Positions 10,432 to 19,688 of a stretch of 64,000 nucleotides of DNA are shown here, in pieces; the first letter of the stretch is position 1, and every line of letters begins with the position of its first letter. A program made the translations under genes and the position numbers. This DNA comes from an uncultured delta proteobacterium (GTDB lineage: Bacteria > Desulfobacterota > Desulfomonilia > Desulfomonilales > Desulfomonilaceae), in NCBI GenBank assembly GCA_963789265.1, contig CAWBKB010000001.1:1344001-1408000 (forward strand). Reading direction: 5' to 3'. The notes below the pieces were generated by a model that saw nothing but the letters and a program-made list of their open reading frames with translations, ran no database searches and was not told the DNA's origin.

Positions 10432-10914
10432 ATTCCGCTCTTTTCTTTTTCTCAGCCTTATTGGGGCGTGTCGAGGCTACCATCCTGCCATGGAACGCGA
10501 AAATAGGTCAACAGATGATGAACGCCAGACCGCAAAGGCTACGGGGACGCAATCGTTCACTTGCGATCGGTGAAAGGTTGTCATTGCGTCGTGGCGCGGA
10601 CTTTTTCGTCCGCCAAATTAGAGAAGAAACCGCAGACTGGAAAGTCTGCGCCACAGGCTGGCTTGTAAGGAGTGTAATTTGATCCGTTGGACCGGCATCT
10701 TGCCGACATCCATGTTGGACAGGCTGTCGCTCGCCTCGCTGAACTGTCCCACCATTCACTCCTCGCAATGACAAGGGACAGAATATGCCCCGCGTAAGTG
10801 AATGAGTACACCTCGGGAAGGTACGCTGCCTTTATTCAGTCCCTTATTTCGGATACTATGAGGCCGGTGATCTTTTCACAGAAATCAGCAGAATAAACCG
10901 TACAAGGCAGCCTT

Positions 10915-11799
10915 ATGGACAACCGTTTCAACAAAGCTGAATTGCAATTCTTCATGACCGCGCTCAAAGAAGAGGCTCGCGCAGTCTTAAGAGAAGTGGG
11001 TTCTACCACAGATTCTGAAACCCTCGTGCGAGGCATCCTCGGCGAGCTTGAGGCCCTCGCGCCGCAAAGTGATGGGCAGGATAATAGATCGGATGAGGAG
11101 ATATGGATTCTGGTCCGTGAACTTCTCCTCAAAGCCGCGTACGCAACACGGCCGTACTGTATCCGCTGTGGAACGTGCTGTACAAAAGGAAGCCCCACGC
11201 TGCTGGAAGACGATATGGAGCTATTCAGACGAGATGTGCTGAAGCCGGGCCAAGTGATCACTATCAGGGTCGGCGAACCGACTTACTCTAGCGAGACAGA
11301 GGAAGTTGCCCCAACCCGAGACGAATTGATCAAGATTCGTGAAGTGCCTGGCAGTAAGACCTGCATCTTTTACGAGAAATCGGGGAGCACCTGCTCAATC
11401 TACGACTCCCGGCCCGTGCAGTGCCGCAATCAAGAGTGCTGGAATACGGCCGCGGCCGAGAAAACTGTGTGTGTGAAGCCGATCGGCAGAAGACATCTGC
11501 TGGAAGCGATTCCATCCTTGTGGGAGATCGTCCAACGTCATGAGGAGCGATGCTCTTACTCCGAGTTCACACGCGCAATGACACGGTTGGGGGCCACAAA
11601 AGGCCAAACTGTGGGCGAGGTAATCGATGTTCTCGGGTTCGACAATCATGTGCGGGAGTTCATCACCGAGAGGTTCGGCTTTGACGCCGAAACAATGGAT
11701 TTTCTTTTGGGGAGTTCACTGCGAGAAGCTATAGCCCAATATGGCTTGGTGTTGGAGGAAGAGCCTGACGGGTCCTTTCTGCTCAAGCCTGTGGAATAG
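10915..11799 (+). CDS. YkgJ-family cysteine-cluster protein
   Basis: CIRCGTCC...CIF...CSIYDSRPVQCR. Confidence 0.8.
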   Translation: MDNRFNKAELQFFMTALKEEARAVLREVGSTTDSETLVRGILGELEALAPQSDGQDNRSDEEIWILVRELLLKAAYATRPYCIRCGTCCTKGSPTLLEDDMELFRRDVLKPGQVITIRVGEPTYSSETEEVAPTRDELIKIREVPGSKTCIFYEKSGSTCSIYDSRPVQCRNQECWNTAAAEKTVCVKPIGRRHLLEAIPSLWEIVQRHEERCSYSEFTRAMTRLGATKGQTVGEVIDVLGFDNHVREFITERFGFDAETMDFLLGSSLREAIAQYGLVLEEEPDGSFLLKPVE

Positions 11800-11806
11800 G
11801 GCATGA

Positions 11807-11974
11807 TTCACCTCGGAGAGCGCCGAGAACGCAGACAATAAAGGATAGATTATTCAAAGCCAAGGGAGTCATTCATGCCTCGAGTCAAGCCGGAATTGTC
11901 ATCACTGTCTCGCACCAAGGTTGGCGGATCGGCAATACAGAATCCTCAGCGGTCTCTGCGTTCTCCGCGGTGAA
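11807..11974. repeat. Imperfect inverted repeat pair (TTCACC...CTCTGCGTTCTCCGCGGTGAA family)
   Basis: TTCACCTCGGAGAGCGCCGAGAACGCAGA versus TCAGCGGTCTCTGCGTTCTCCGCGGTGAA. Confidence 0.6.
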
Positions 11975-11993
11975 CTATTCCTTTTCAGAATCG

Positions 11994-13625
11994 TTACAGT
12001 TGATAATCTTTATAAAGCAGGGATCTTGGCCCGAGCCTGCGGGGAGAAAACGGATCGAATTTATAGCCTCGATAGATGTAAATTTGGCGGATGGCAATCC
12101 CGTGATACATTACGTTGTACGGAGCAAGAGGCTCCACACGTGAGAAGTTCTCGTAAATTGTGGTGAGGACCGCTGAAGTCGGGCGGAGAGGCTTGGGCGA
12201 AACATAAAGAATATTACGACCTTTGAGATTGTCGAACAACGGATCCCAAACATCGAACTGAGTGGGCCGCTTCCACGGAGCCAAATACCTGACATGTGGA
12301 TTCCCCGGCATATTAAACTCGAGCAGGGCGCAAAGCTGATAGCTGTCGGCCGCGATGACGTCTCCATCGCTTTTCAATTCTGAGACATGTTTCCCCAAAC
12401 CTGCCCAACCTCTTGTTTCCCATATAATCCTGTCATCCTTGCCAAGCCTCTTTTCGAGACCCGCGGGGAGTAACCCTAGCCAAGCGTGTGCCAGCACCAG
12501 CAGTACCGGTCCAACCGAGAGAATCACCGCCCATTTGAGGAATCGCGCACCGAACCAATTCCATGGAGCCTTGGGTTCAGTCAGGCGTGTTGTTGCGATG
12601 ATTTCTACGGCAAGGATCATGATCGACGGATAGGCCATGAAAGCCCAGTTGGCTTCCACATGTCCCTTGAATGCCAGCAGTCCGAAAAGGAGTAGGGGGA
12701 ATCCGAAGCAAAGCAACAGGCTTTGTTCCGGATTCGGTCTGAAAAGGTTCCTTGCCAGCGCGGCGAACGATCCGATCAGCAGGGCAAAGTATAGCAGCGG
12801 AGACAACAAGAGGAACTGGGCGAGGTGATATCCGATCCCATCCAAAATTTGCTTGCCAAGCGAAGCCGCTCCGGCGCCGATGTAGAAGATGTGATGCAAG
12901 GAGGCCCATTGATGAGTGGCATTCCACCACAGAATTGGCACGGTGAACGCTGCGGCGATAAGCACCCCAATCCAGGGCTCCTTCTTGAGCAGCAACGCGC
13001 GGTGAGATCTACTCCAGAGCAGGAAAAACAAGACGCTTGGAAGAATCAGCACGCCTGTGTACTTGCTCTGAATGGCAAGCCCTGTGGCCGCGCCCATCAC
13101 ATAGAATTTCCTCAAATCTCCGGACCGCAAGAAATCGGCCGCGGCCCACAGAGCCAACACCCAGAAGAACAAGAGAGCATTATCGTGGATCGCAGCAGGC
13201 CCTCCCAGCAGAGCTATGGGGGTGAAATTGAAAAGGGCTGCGATAAGTATTGCCCTGGAGCGGCTCCGAAACAGTAGGTGGCTTACACGGTATAAAAGGT
13301 ACGTTGTGAAACCTGAGAGAACAAGAAAAGGAAACCGCACTGAAAATGGAGTTTGGTCTCCCCAGATTGCCGTAGAAATCCGGATCAGGTACGCGGTCAT
13401 CCCGGAATTATCGAAGTACGACCAGTCGAGGCTCCTGGACCAGGACCAGTAGCTGCACTCATCGGGGATCAGGTTCACCGAGCTTGTAAAGAAGACGCGC
13501 CAGACAAATACTGCGGCCAGTCCCGCCAGTAACCACATCGTCAGCAGCCCGTACCTGGGGGCAGCAGTGATTTGAGTTGCCGGCGAGGGGGCGGAATTCA
13601 TCCGGTGACTATACAACAAATTCAC
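11994..13625 (-). CDS. ArnT/GT39-like membrane glycosyltransferase
   Basis: PDECSYWSWSRSLDWSYFD, SKYT motif, many TM helices; start codon uncertain. Confidence 0.85.
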   Translation of the reverse strand: MNLLYSHRMNSAPSPATQITAAPRYGLLTMWLLAGLAAVFVWRVFFTSSVNLIPDECSYWSWSRSLDWSYFDNSGMTAYLIRISTAIWGDQTPFSVRFPFLVLSGFTTYLLYRVSHLLFRSRSRAILIAALFNFTPIALLGGPAAIHDNALLFFWVLALWAAADFLRSGDLRKFYVMGAATGLAIQSKYTGVLILPSVLFFLLWSRSHRALLLKKEPWIGVLIAAAFTVPILWWNATHQWASLHHIFYIGAGAASLGKQILDGIGYHLAQFLLLSPLLYFALLIGSFAALARNLFRPNPEQSLLLCFGFPLLLFGLLAFKGHVEANWAFMAYPSIMILAVEIIATTRLTEPKAPWNWFGARFLKWAVILSVGPVLLVLAHAWLGLLPAGLEKRLGKDDRIIWETRGWAGLGKHVSELKSDGDVIAADSYQLCALLEFNMPGNPHVRYLAPWKRPTQFDVWDPLFDNLKGRNILYVSPKPLRPTSAVLTTIYENFSRVEPLAPYNVMYHGIAIRQIYIYRGYKFDPFSPRRLGPRSLLYKDYQL

Positions 13626-13687
13626 CGATAGCTTATCCCGTTCCCGAAAATATACACTGATTCATGATTACGGGACTCGCTTGGCCC

Positions 13688-13743
13688 CAGTAGGGTGGGC
13701 ATCTTGCCCGCCGTCACGAAATGACGGGCAGGACGCCCGTCAT
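13688..13743. repeat. GGCATCTTGCC-core REP doublet
   Basis: CAGTAGGGTGGGCATCTTGCCCGCC...GACGGGCAGGACGCCCGTC. Confidence 0.7.
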
Positions 13744-13791
13744 TGCCATTGGCGGTCAATCCCGCGTACCGCGGAACCACCCTCCTGTACG

Positions 13792-14742
13792 TTATTGCAA
13801 TATACTGCAAGACGTTCCGGCTCGGCAGATCATCCCTTCTACTTCGGATCGCATTTTATGTGAGCTTTCAATCTGGATAGTCGTGTGGTCGATGTGGAAT
13901 CTTTCATGAAGGACACTGTTGAGTCGCCTTAAGACTTCGTCCGAGTCCTCCCCGACATCGGAAAGCACCACGTGAGCCGACAGGGCAGGGCGGTTGCTGG
14001 TTATACTCCAGACATGGAGGTCGTATACGCAGCACACTCCTGCTTGTTCCAAGAGTGTCTGCTCGATATCCGGTATGTTCAGTCCTGTGGGGACGCCTTC
14101 CATGAGGATGTGCACAGACTCCTTCAATAGCTCCCATGACGAAAAGAGTATGAGGAACCCAATAAGGACGCTGACCAACGGGTCTACCCGGTTGATTCCA
14201 GTCGCTAGAATAACCAGCGCTGCCACAATCGCCCCCCCAGAGCCGAGCGCATCCGCAACCACGTGAACAAACGCGCTTCTAACGTTGAGGTTTTCGCCGC
14301 GGGCCCGGAACAGCAGTGCAGCAATCAGGAAGTTTAATGCAAGCCCCACCGAGGCTACCATCAGCATTCCCGTTCCTTCGACTGCGGATGGTTGGAAGAA
14401 GCGTCGAACCGCCTCATAAAAGATGAACGCGACTATGGCCCAAAGCGCCACTCCATTTGCCAACGCTGCCAGGATCTCTGAGCGTTTGAATCCGAAGGTG
14501 TGCCTATCGGTCGGGGATCGCCGCCCAATTTGTATTGCCAACCAGGAAAGCCCCAGCGCCATGACATCGGAAAGCATGTGGCCGGCGTCCGCGAGCAGAG
14601 CCAGGGAGTTGAAAAGATATCCGCCCACTGCTTCGACAACCATGTAGCCGGCCGTGATGCAAAGAGCGATCATCAGTCGTGTGCCACTGTTTCCATCTCC
14701 TGGTTGAGCATGGGTATGAATATGATTATGCGGATGTCCCAT
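13792..14742 (-). CDS. czcD: Cation diffusion facilitator (CzcD/ZitB-like Zn/Co/Cd exporter)
   Basis: His-rich N-terminus, SLALLADAGHMLSD, HVVAD, DLHVW, HTTIQIE. Confidence 0.88.
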   Translation of the reverse strand: MGHPHNHIHTHAQPGDGNSGTRLMIALCITAGYMVVEAVGGYLFNSLALLADAGHMLSDVMALGLSWLAIQIGRRSPTDRHTFGFKRSEILAALANGVALWAIVAFIFYEAVRRFFQPSAVEGTGMLMVASVGLALNFLIAALLFRARGENLNVRSAFVHVVADALGSGGAIVAALVILATGINRVDPLVSVLIGFLILFSSWELLKESVHILMEGVPTGLNIPDIEQTLLEQAGVCCVYDLHVWSITSNRPALSAHVVLSDVGEDSDEVLRRLNSVLHERFHIDHTTIQIESSHKMRSEVEGMICRAGTSCSILQ

Positions 14743-15049
14743 CGGTGCACACTCACATTAGCTGATAGCTGCGGCTATACTAAAATGAAAGGCCGCCTCT
14801 TGTCTATTCATAATCATAATCATCGTTGCCCGGTAAACCCTCGGTTACGGGCGGTTAAAGAGTGTCATTGCGAGTCTCGCGAGACGCGGGAAGGCAAACT
14901 TTTCCTCTTATGGCTAAGATTGCCGTTGGACGGGCATCCTGCTCGTCATACCTTACAGACAGGCTGTCCCGCCGCAGATTCCTACGCAATGGCAAGGGAC
15001 AGAAAGTTCCCGGCGCAAGTGAATGATGACATAGACATCATTATAGAGA

Positions 15050-15078
15050 TTGACAGGGCCGACCGGCTTGGATATTCT
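15050..15078 (+). promoter_or_regulatory. Sigma70 promoter of the riboswitch-exchanger transcript
   Basis: TTGACA (15050-15055), 17 bp, TATTCT (15073-15078). Confidence 0.7.
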
Positions 15079-15087
15079 TATTTAAGA

Positions 15088-15173
15088 CAAAGGGGAGTAG
15101 TTAGTTTGGCAATGTCAACATCCTGGCCGGCAAGGCCTGGCATTGCCCGCCATCCTGCGTAACGAGACCTTTG
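15088..15173 (+). ncRNA. yybP-ykoY (Mn2+) riboswitch aptamer
   Basis: CAAAGGGGAGTAG...GTCAACA...AACGAGACCTTTG conserved blocks, with a CAAAGG/CCTTTG closing helix. Confidence 0.85.
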
Positions 15174-15197
15174 GCAGACAAGCCAAAGGTTTTTTTT
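15167..15197 (+). terminator. Intrinsic terminator (riboswitch expression platform)
   Basis: ACCTTTGGC-AGACAA-GCCAAAGGT followed by a T run; the 5' arm overlaps the aptamer closing strand. Confidence 0.85.
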
Positions 15198-15213
15198 ATT
15201 ACGGGAGGAGAAT

Positions 15214-16203
15214 TTGATAACCACGATATTAGCGTTGGTTGGTTCCATTCTCGTGATTTATGTTAGCTGCGAGTATTTCGTCAACGCCATAGAATGGGTA
15301 GGAAAGCGCTTCAATATCGCCAAGAACGCAGTGGGGACCATTTTGGCGGCCTTCGGAACAGCTTTACCCGAGAGTATTGTCACCTTTGTAGCCGTTGCCT
15401 TCGGTACCACGCCCGCTCACAAGAGTATCGGTGTGGGAGCCGCGTTGGGCGGGCCTCTCGTTTTGAGCACTATCGCATACGCGATTGTCGGATTGAGCAT
15501 CATGGCGTTTCATAGGTCACGAGAGGAAGGGGGCGTCGTTTGTTGCGATTGTAATAAATTGTCCATAGACCAAATCTGGTTTCTCGTTATTTCCGCATTT
15601 AAAATATTGCTCGGCTTCATCGTGTTTTCGTGGAAGCCCTGGACGGCATTGTTGTTTCTGGCCGCCTATGGTGTGTACTGCTACCGAGAGATGAGTGCCC
15701 ATCCTGAAGAGGAAGACATCATTGCGCCCTTGCGGTTGCGCCCAAAGAAGCAAGAGCCCGAAACCGCATTCATTCTCCTTCAGACTTTTGGGGCTCTGAT
15801 TCTCGTTTTCATTGGATCATACGTCTTCGTCGATCAACTTGAATCGTTGAGCGTTTCCCTGGGAGCTCGGCCACAAATTATTGCCCTCCTGTTGAGTCCG
15901 GTCGCAACAGAACTTCCTGAGATACTGAACACTGTTATTTGGGTCCGGCAGGGAAAAGAGATGCTGGCTCTTTCAAATATCAGCGGAGCAATGATGATTC
16001 AGACTACCGTACCGACTGCCTTTGGGTTGTTTTTCACCCCCTGGATTTTCGACACTTACTTAACCGTGGCCGCCGTCGTTACGGCCATGTCAATATGTTT
16101 CCTCTGTTACACGTTGCGGTGCGACAAATTGTCACCCCGGAGATTGTCCCTCGCCGCGCCGTTTTATCTGATCTTTGCAGCCACCGTGGTGTTTAGTCTT
16201 TGA
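15214..16203 (+). CDS. Na+/Ca2+ exchanger (CaCA) family transporter
   Basis: Alpha repeats GTALPE and ATELPE, LSNISG; GGAGGAG RBS before TTG. Confidence 0.88.
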   Translation: MITTILALVGSILVIYVSCEYFVNAIEWVGKRFNIAKNAVGTILAAFGTALPESIVTFVAVAFGTTPAHKSIGVGAALGGPLVLSTIAYAIVGLSIMAFHRSREEGGVVCCDCNKLSIDQIWFLVISAFKILLGFIVFSWKPWTALLFLAAYGVYCYREMSAHPEEEDIIAPLRLRPKKQEPETAFILLQTFGALILVFIGSYVFVDQLESLSVSLGARPQIIALLLSPVATELPEILNTVIWVRQGKEMLALSNISGAMMIQTTVPTAFGLFFTPWIFDTYLTVAAVVTAMSICFLCYTLRCDKLSPRRLSLAAPFYLIFAATVVFSL

Positions 16204-16451
16204 ACCTGTGGGCTCTCTGACGTGTGCTGACATTAGGTTGGCGAGAGTGTACCGGATTTGATAATGTGAGGGTGATTGTCCCCTTCGGGGAATGGGAGAA
16301 AAACCTTCGCCTTCGGGCGAAAACTTCAGTGCGTACCCATTGTACATGCGCGGCACAAGATACAAAGATGGCAGTGGGTTGCTGGTGAGCGCAGCGAACG
16401 CGGGGAAACCACGCCTCAGGCGTGGTCGAGGAATGTGACTGGATATAGAAT

Positions 16452-16504
16452 GGTGGGGCAGGCATCTTGCCTGCCTAAGTGACAGGCAGGATGCCTGTCC
16501 CACC
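16452..16504. repeat. GGCATCTTGCC-core REP doublet
   Basis: GGTGGGGCAGGCATCTTGCCTG...GACAGGCAGGATGCCTGTCCCACC. Confidence 0.75.
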
Positions 16505-16751
16505 GGTCCCAGTGATGCGGTTCGCCCGCGCGAGAACGCGGGCTCACAAGCATCCTACGCCGATACCTACTCCGGTCCTCTGGCGGCAGCGACCACCGGG
16601 TTCATCCGGTGGGGCGACAATGCCGACGAAACCGCGGTCTTCGGCCGGTGAAACCGTCATTAGTTACTGACGAGATATGCGCCCTGTAGGAATTCCCGAC
16701 AAGACCCTGAGGCCTGAGAATTTTCCAATTTGGTGGTAGGGGGAAAAAACC

Positions 16752-19106
16752 ATGTCGATCTTTCCCAAGAGTCTGCGGTACCGCTTGGTTTTCCTGGTAA
16801 TGCTCGCAGTTGTGCCATCTATTGGCCACATTCTATATTCGGGGTACGAACAGCGGCACCTGGCCCGGGGTCGCGCCCAGGAACAGGCTCTGAACCTTGC
16901 CGACCTTGTTTCAATGGAAACGGGGCAAGTGATTCAAATGACGCGTGAATTGGTGGACGCTCTCGGCCAGTCCCCCTCCGTCGTGGATAGCGATCCCGAG
17001 ACCTGCTCCCGCACGCTGGCGAGTCTGAAAAAAATCCTCCCATTCTGTCAAGCGGTGCTCGTAGCTCTGCCAAACGGCGAAGTGATTTGTGCCAGCCAAT
17101 CGGATCATAGCCTGATAAACCTGTCAGACAGAGACTATTTTCGGCGAGCCGTCAAAACGCGCGAGTTGGCGATCAGTGGTTTTCTCATTGGCCGGCTGAC
17201 GGGCAGGCCGTCCGTAGGTTTTGCCTATCCGTCGATTGACGGGACAGGTCAGATCAAGGCCGTCGTGGTGGCGACGCTAGACCTGTCTTGGCTCGTCAAG
17301 GGCGTCTCCACCGCGAGACTTCCTGCAGGTTCCGTGCTTAACATTGTCGACGCGGACGGCACCGTGCTAGCTCGCTGGCCGGATCCCGAGCATTGGGTCG
17401 GCCGTAAAGTTCCGGAGGCCGAAATTATGAAGCAGGTGCTTGTTCGAAAGGAAGGCGTTTTCGAAGGTATGGGCATGGAAAGGATTCCGCGCCTCTATGG
17501 CTTCAAGCCCCTCATGCCGGGGCAGCAAGCCGGTTTCGTTTACGTGGGTATTCTCCAGTCACTGGCGTACGGCCCTGCGAACCGTATGTTGGCCGCCAAT
17601 CTCATCGGACTTGGGATCGCGACGTTGCTGGGCCTGGGTGCGGCGCTCTTTTTCGGTCATGTATTCATAATGCGAGGCGTAACAAGCCTGGTAAACACGA
17701 CAAAACGACTAGCATCCGGTGACCTGTCCGCTAGGACCGGAATTTCACCTGGTGGTGGTGAGATAGCCCAACTGTCTGGCGCGTTCGATGAAATGGCGGA
17801 CGCGTTGCAGCGCCGGGAAGAGGAGCGCCAACTCGCTGAGGAAGAAATTCGTGCGAACGCCGCGCGCGCCCACCTGCTGGCGGATATTTCCGAGGAATTC
17901 ATCAAGGCGGGTTTGGATCACGAGACTGCTTTGTCCGCAATATCGAAACACATCACGGACTGGTCCGGTGACATCTGCCTGATAAACTTATTAGCCGCGG
18001 AGGGAGAATCGCTACAAGCCCCGGTCGTCTGTTACTCCGACCCGGTGCGGCTGAATTTCGTTCGTGATCTGTTTTCATCCTCGGAGACTCCTGAGCAAAA
18101 CTTGTTGCAACAGGTGGTCGACACCCGCAGACCATTACTGTTATCCACAACAAGCGGCGAACCAACTTCCTCGATGTATTTGGAACGGGTTGGGGGCAAG
18201 AGTATGATGATTGTCGCAATGCGGGCAGACGATCAGATTATCGGAACCCTGGCTTTGATTCGTGATCGCGATGGGAACACGTACACGGCTCGCGATGAGT
18301 CCTTCCTCCAATACGTAGCCGACCGGGCTGCTATCTCAGTGGCCAATGCGCGTCTGGTCCAAACCATACAGCGGCTAAATGCCGAACTGGAACAAAGAGT
18401 TCAAAAACGGACCATACAACTCGAGGCTTCGAACAAAGAACTCGAAGCATTTGCTTACTCGGTTTCGCACGACCTCAGAGCACCCTTGCGGGCAGTGGAT
18501 GGATTCAGCCGTATTGTTTTGGATCGCTACAGTACTATGCTGGATGAGACGGGGCAGGATTACTTGCAACGAGTCCGCTCCGGGGCTCAGCGGATGGGAC
18601 AGTTGATTGACGACCTTCTAAAGTTGTCGCGCTTCACACGCACTGACATGCGGCACGAAAGGGTGGATTTGAGCAAGCTCGCACGTGAAATTGAGGTAGA
18701 CCTGAAAGAGAGCCAGCCTGATCGGTCGGTCGAGTTTATAGTTGCCAAAGACTTGGCGGTCATAGGGGATGAGCGTCTTCTTCGTTCCGCGCTGGAGAAC
18801 CTTTTGGGGAATGCATGGAAGTTTACCTCACTTACTCCTAATCCTCGGATCGAATTTGGTGTAAAATGTCTTGACAGTCCCCCAGTATTTTTTGTGAGTG
18901 ACAACGGTGCCGGCTTTGACATGGCGTATGAGGACCAACTATTCGGGGCCTTTCAGCGGCTACACTCCATGTCCGAGTTTCCAGGCACCGGCATAGGTCT
19001 GGCGATTGTCCAGCGTGTGTTTCATCGGCACGGGGCAAGAGTATGGGCTGAGGGAGCAGTGGGACAAGGTGCAACGTTCTATTTCAAATTTCCTGATGGA
19101 GGTTAG
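16752..19106 (+). CDS. Sensor histidine kinase (Cache-HAMP-GAF-HisKA-HATPase)
   Basis: Two TM helices, HAMP, FAYSVSHDLRAPLR, NLLGNAWKF, DNGAGF, GTGIGL. Confidence 0.92.
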   Translation: MSIFPKSLRYRLVFLVMLAVVPSIGHILYSGYEQRHLARGRAQEQALNLADLVSMETGQVIQMTRELVDALGQSPSVVDSDPETCSRTLASLKKILPFCQAVLVALPNGEVICASQSDHSLINLSDRDYFRRAVKTRELAISGFLIGRLTGRPSVGFAYPSIDGTGQIKAVVVATLDLSWLVKGVSTARLPAGSVLNIVDADGTVLARWPDPEHWVGRKVPEAEIMKQVLVRKEGVFEGMGMERIPRLYGFKPLMPGQQAGFVYVGILQSLAYGPANRMLAANLIGLGIATLLGLGAALFFGHVFIMRGVTSLVNTTKRLASGDLSARTGISPGGGEIAQLSGAFDEMADALQRREEERQLAEEEIRANAARAHLLADISEEFIKAGLDHETALSAISKHITDWSGDICLINLLAAEGESLQAPVVCYSDPVRLNFVRDLFSSSETPEQNLLQQVVDTRRPLLLSTTSGEPTSSMYLERVGGKSMMIVAMRADDQIIGTLALIRDRDGNTYTARDESFLQYVADRAAISVANARLVQTIQRLNAELEQRVQKRTIQLEASNKELEAFAYSVSHDLRAPLRAVDGFSRIVLDRYSTMLDETGQDYLQRVRSGAQRMGQLIDDLLKLSRFTRTDMRHERVDLSKLAREIEVDLKESQPDRSVEFIVAKDLAVIGDERLLRSALENLLGNAWKFTSLTPNPRIEFGVKCLDSPPVFFVSDNGAGFDMAYEDQLFGAFQRLHSMSEFPGTGIGLAIVQRVFHRHGARVWAEGAVGQGATFYFKFPDGG

Positions 19107-19108
19107 CT

Positions 19109-19550
19109 TTGAACCAGAGGAGCCTACTCTTAGTTGAAGACAATCCGGATGACGAAGAGTTGATCAAGATAGCGTTGGAGGAAAACCGCATAGGGAATCC
19201 TGTGGTTGTGGTACGCGATGGAGCGGAAGCTCTGGATTATCTTTTCGCTGCCGGTCGCTATACCGGTAATACAATGCCGGAAATGCCTGTGGTAGTGCTG
19301 CTGGACCTCAAGCTACCCAAGGTGGGCGGCCTTGAGGTTTTGCGCCGAATGCGTGCGGATGACCGGTACCAAGCTTCTTCCTGTGGTCGTGCTCACCTCC
19401 TCGAAAGAAGAGGAGGACCGGCTTCAGTCGTACGCCCTGGGCGCCAACTCCTACGTGCGTAAACCCGTGGAGTTCAGCCAGTTCGTCGAAGCTGTTAAGC
19501 ACTTGGGTCTATACTGGTTAGTTTGGAATGAACCACCGCCGATTGACTAA
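19109..19550 (+). CDS. Single-domain response regulator; apparent +1 frameshift at about 19365
   Basis: [17 protein letters not shown], then [12 protein letters not shown]...GANSYVRKP in the next frame. Confidence 0.88.
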
Positions 19551-19688
19551 CGCGCGGGACGGCGGCCATGGGGCGCCGCGGATTCCTGCGTATGCGGGAA
19601 CGAAGACTGAGAGGATGTCCTGTCCCACTAATTCATTTTGCGATAACGGTCATTGCCCTCGCGGAATCGCTGTGACTGAGGAACTCCG

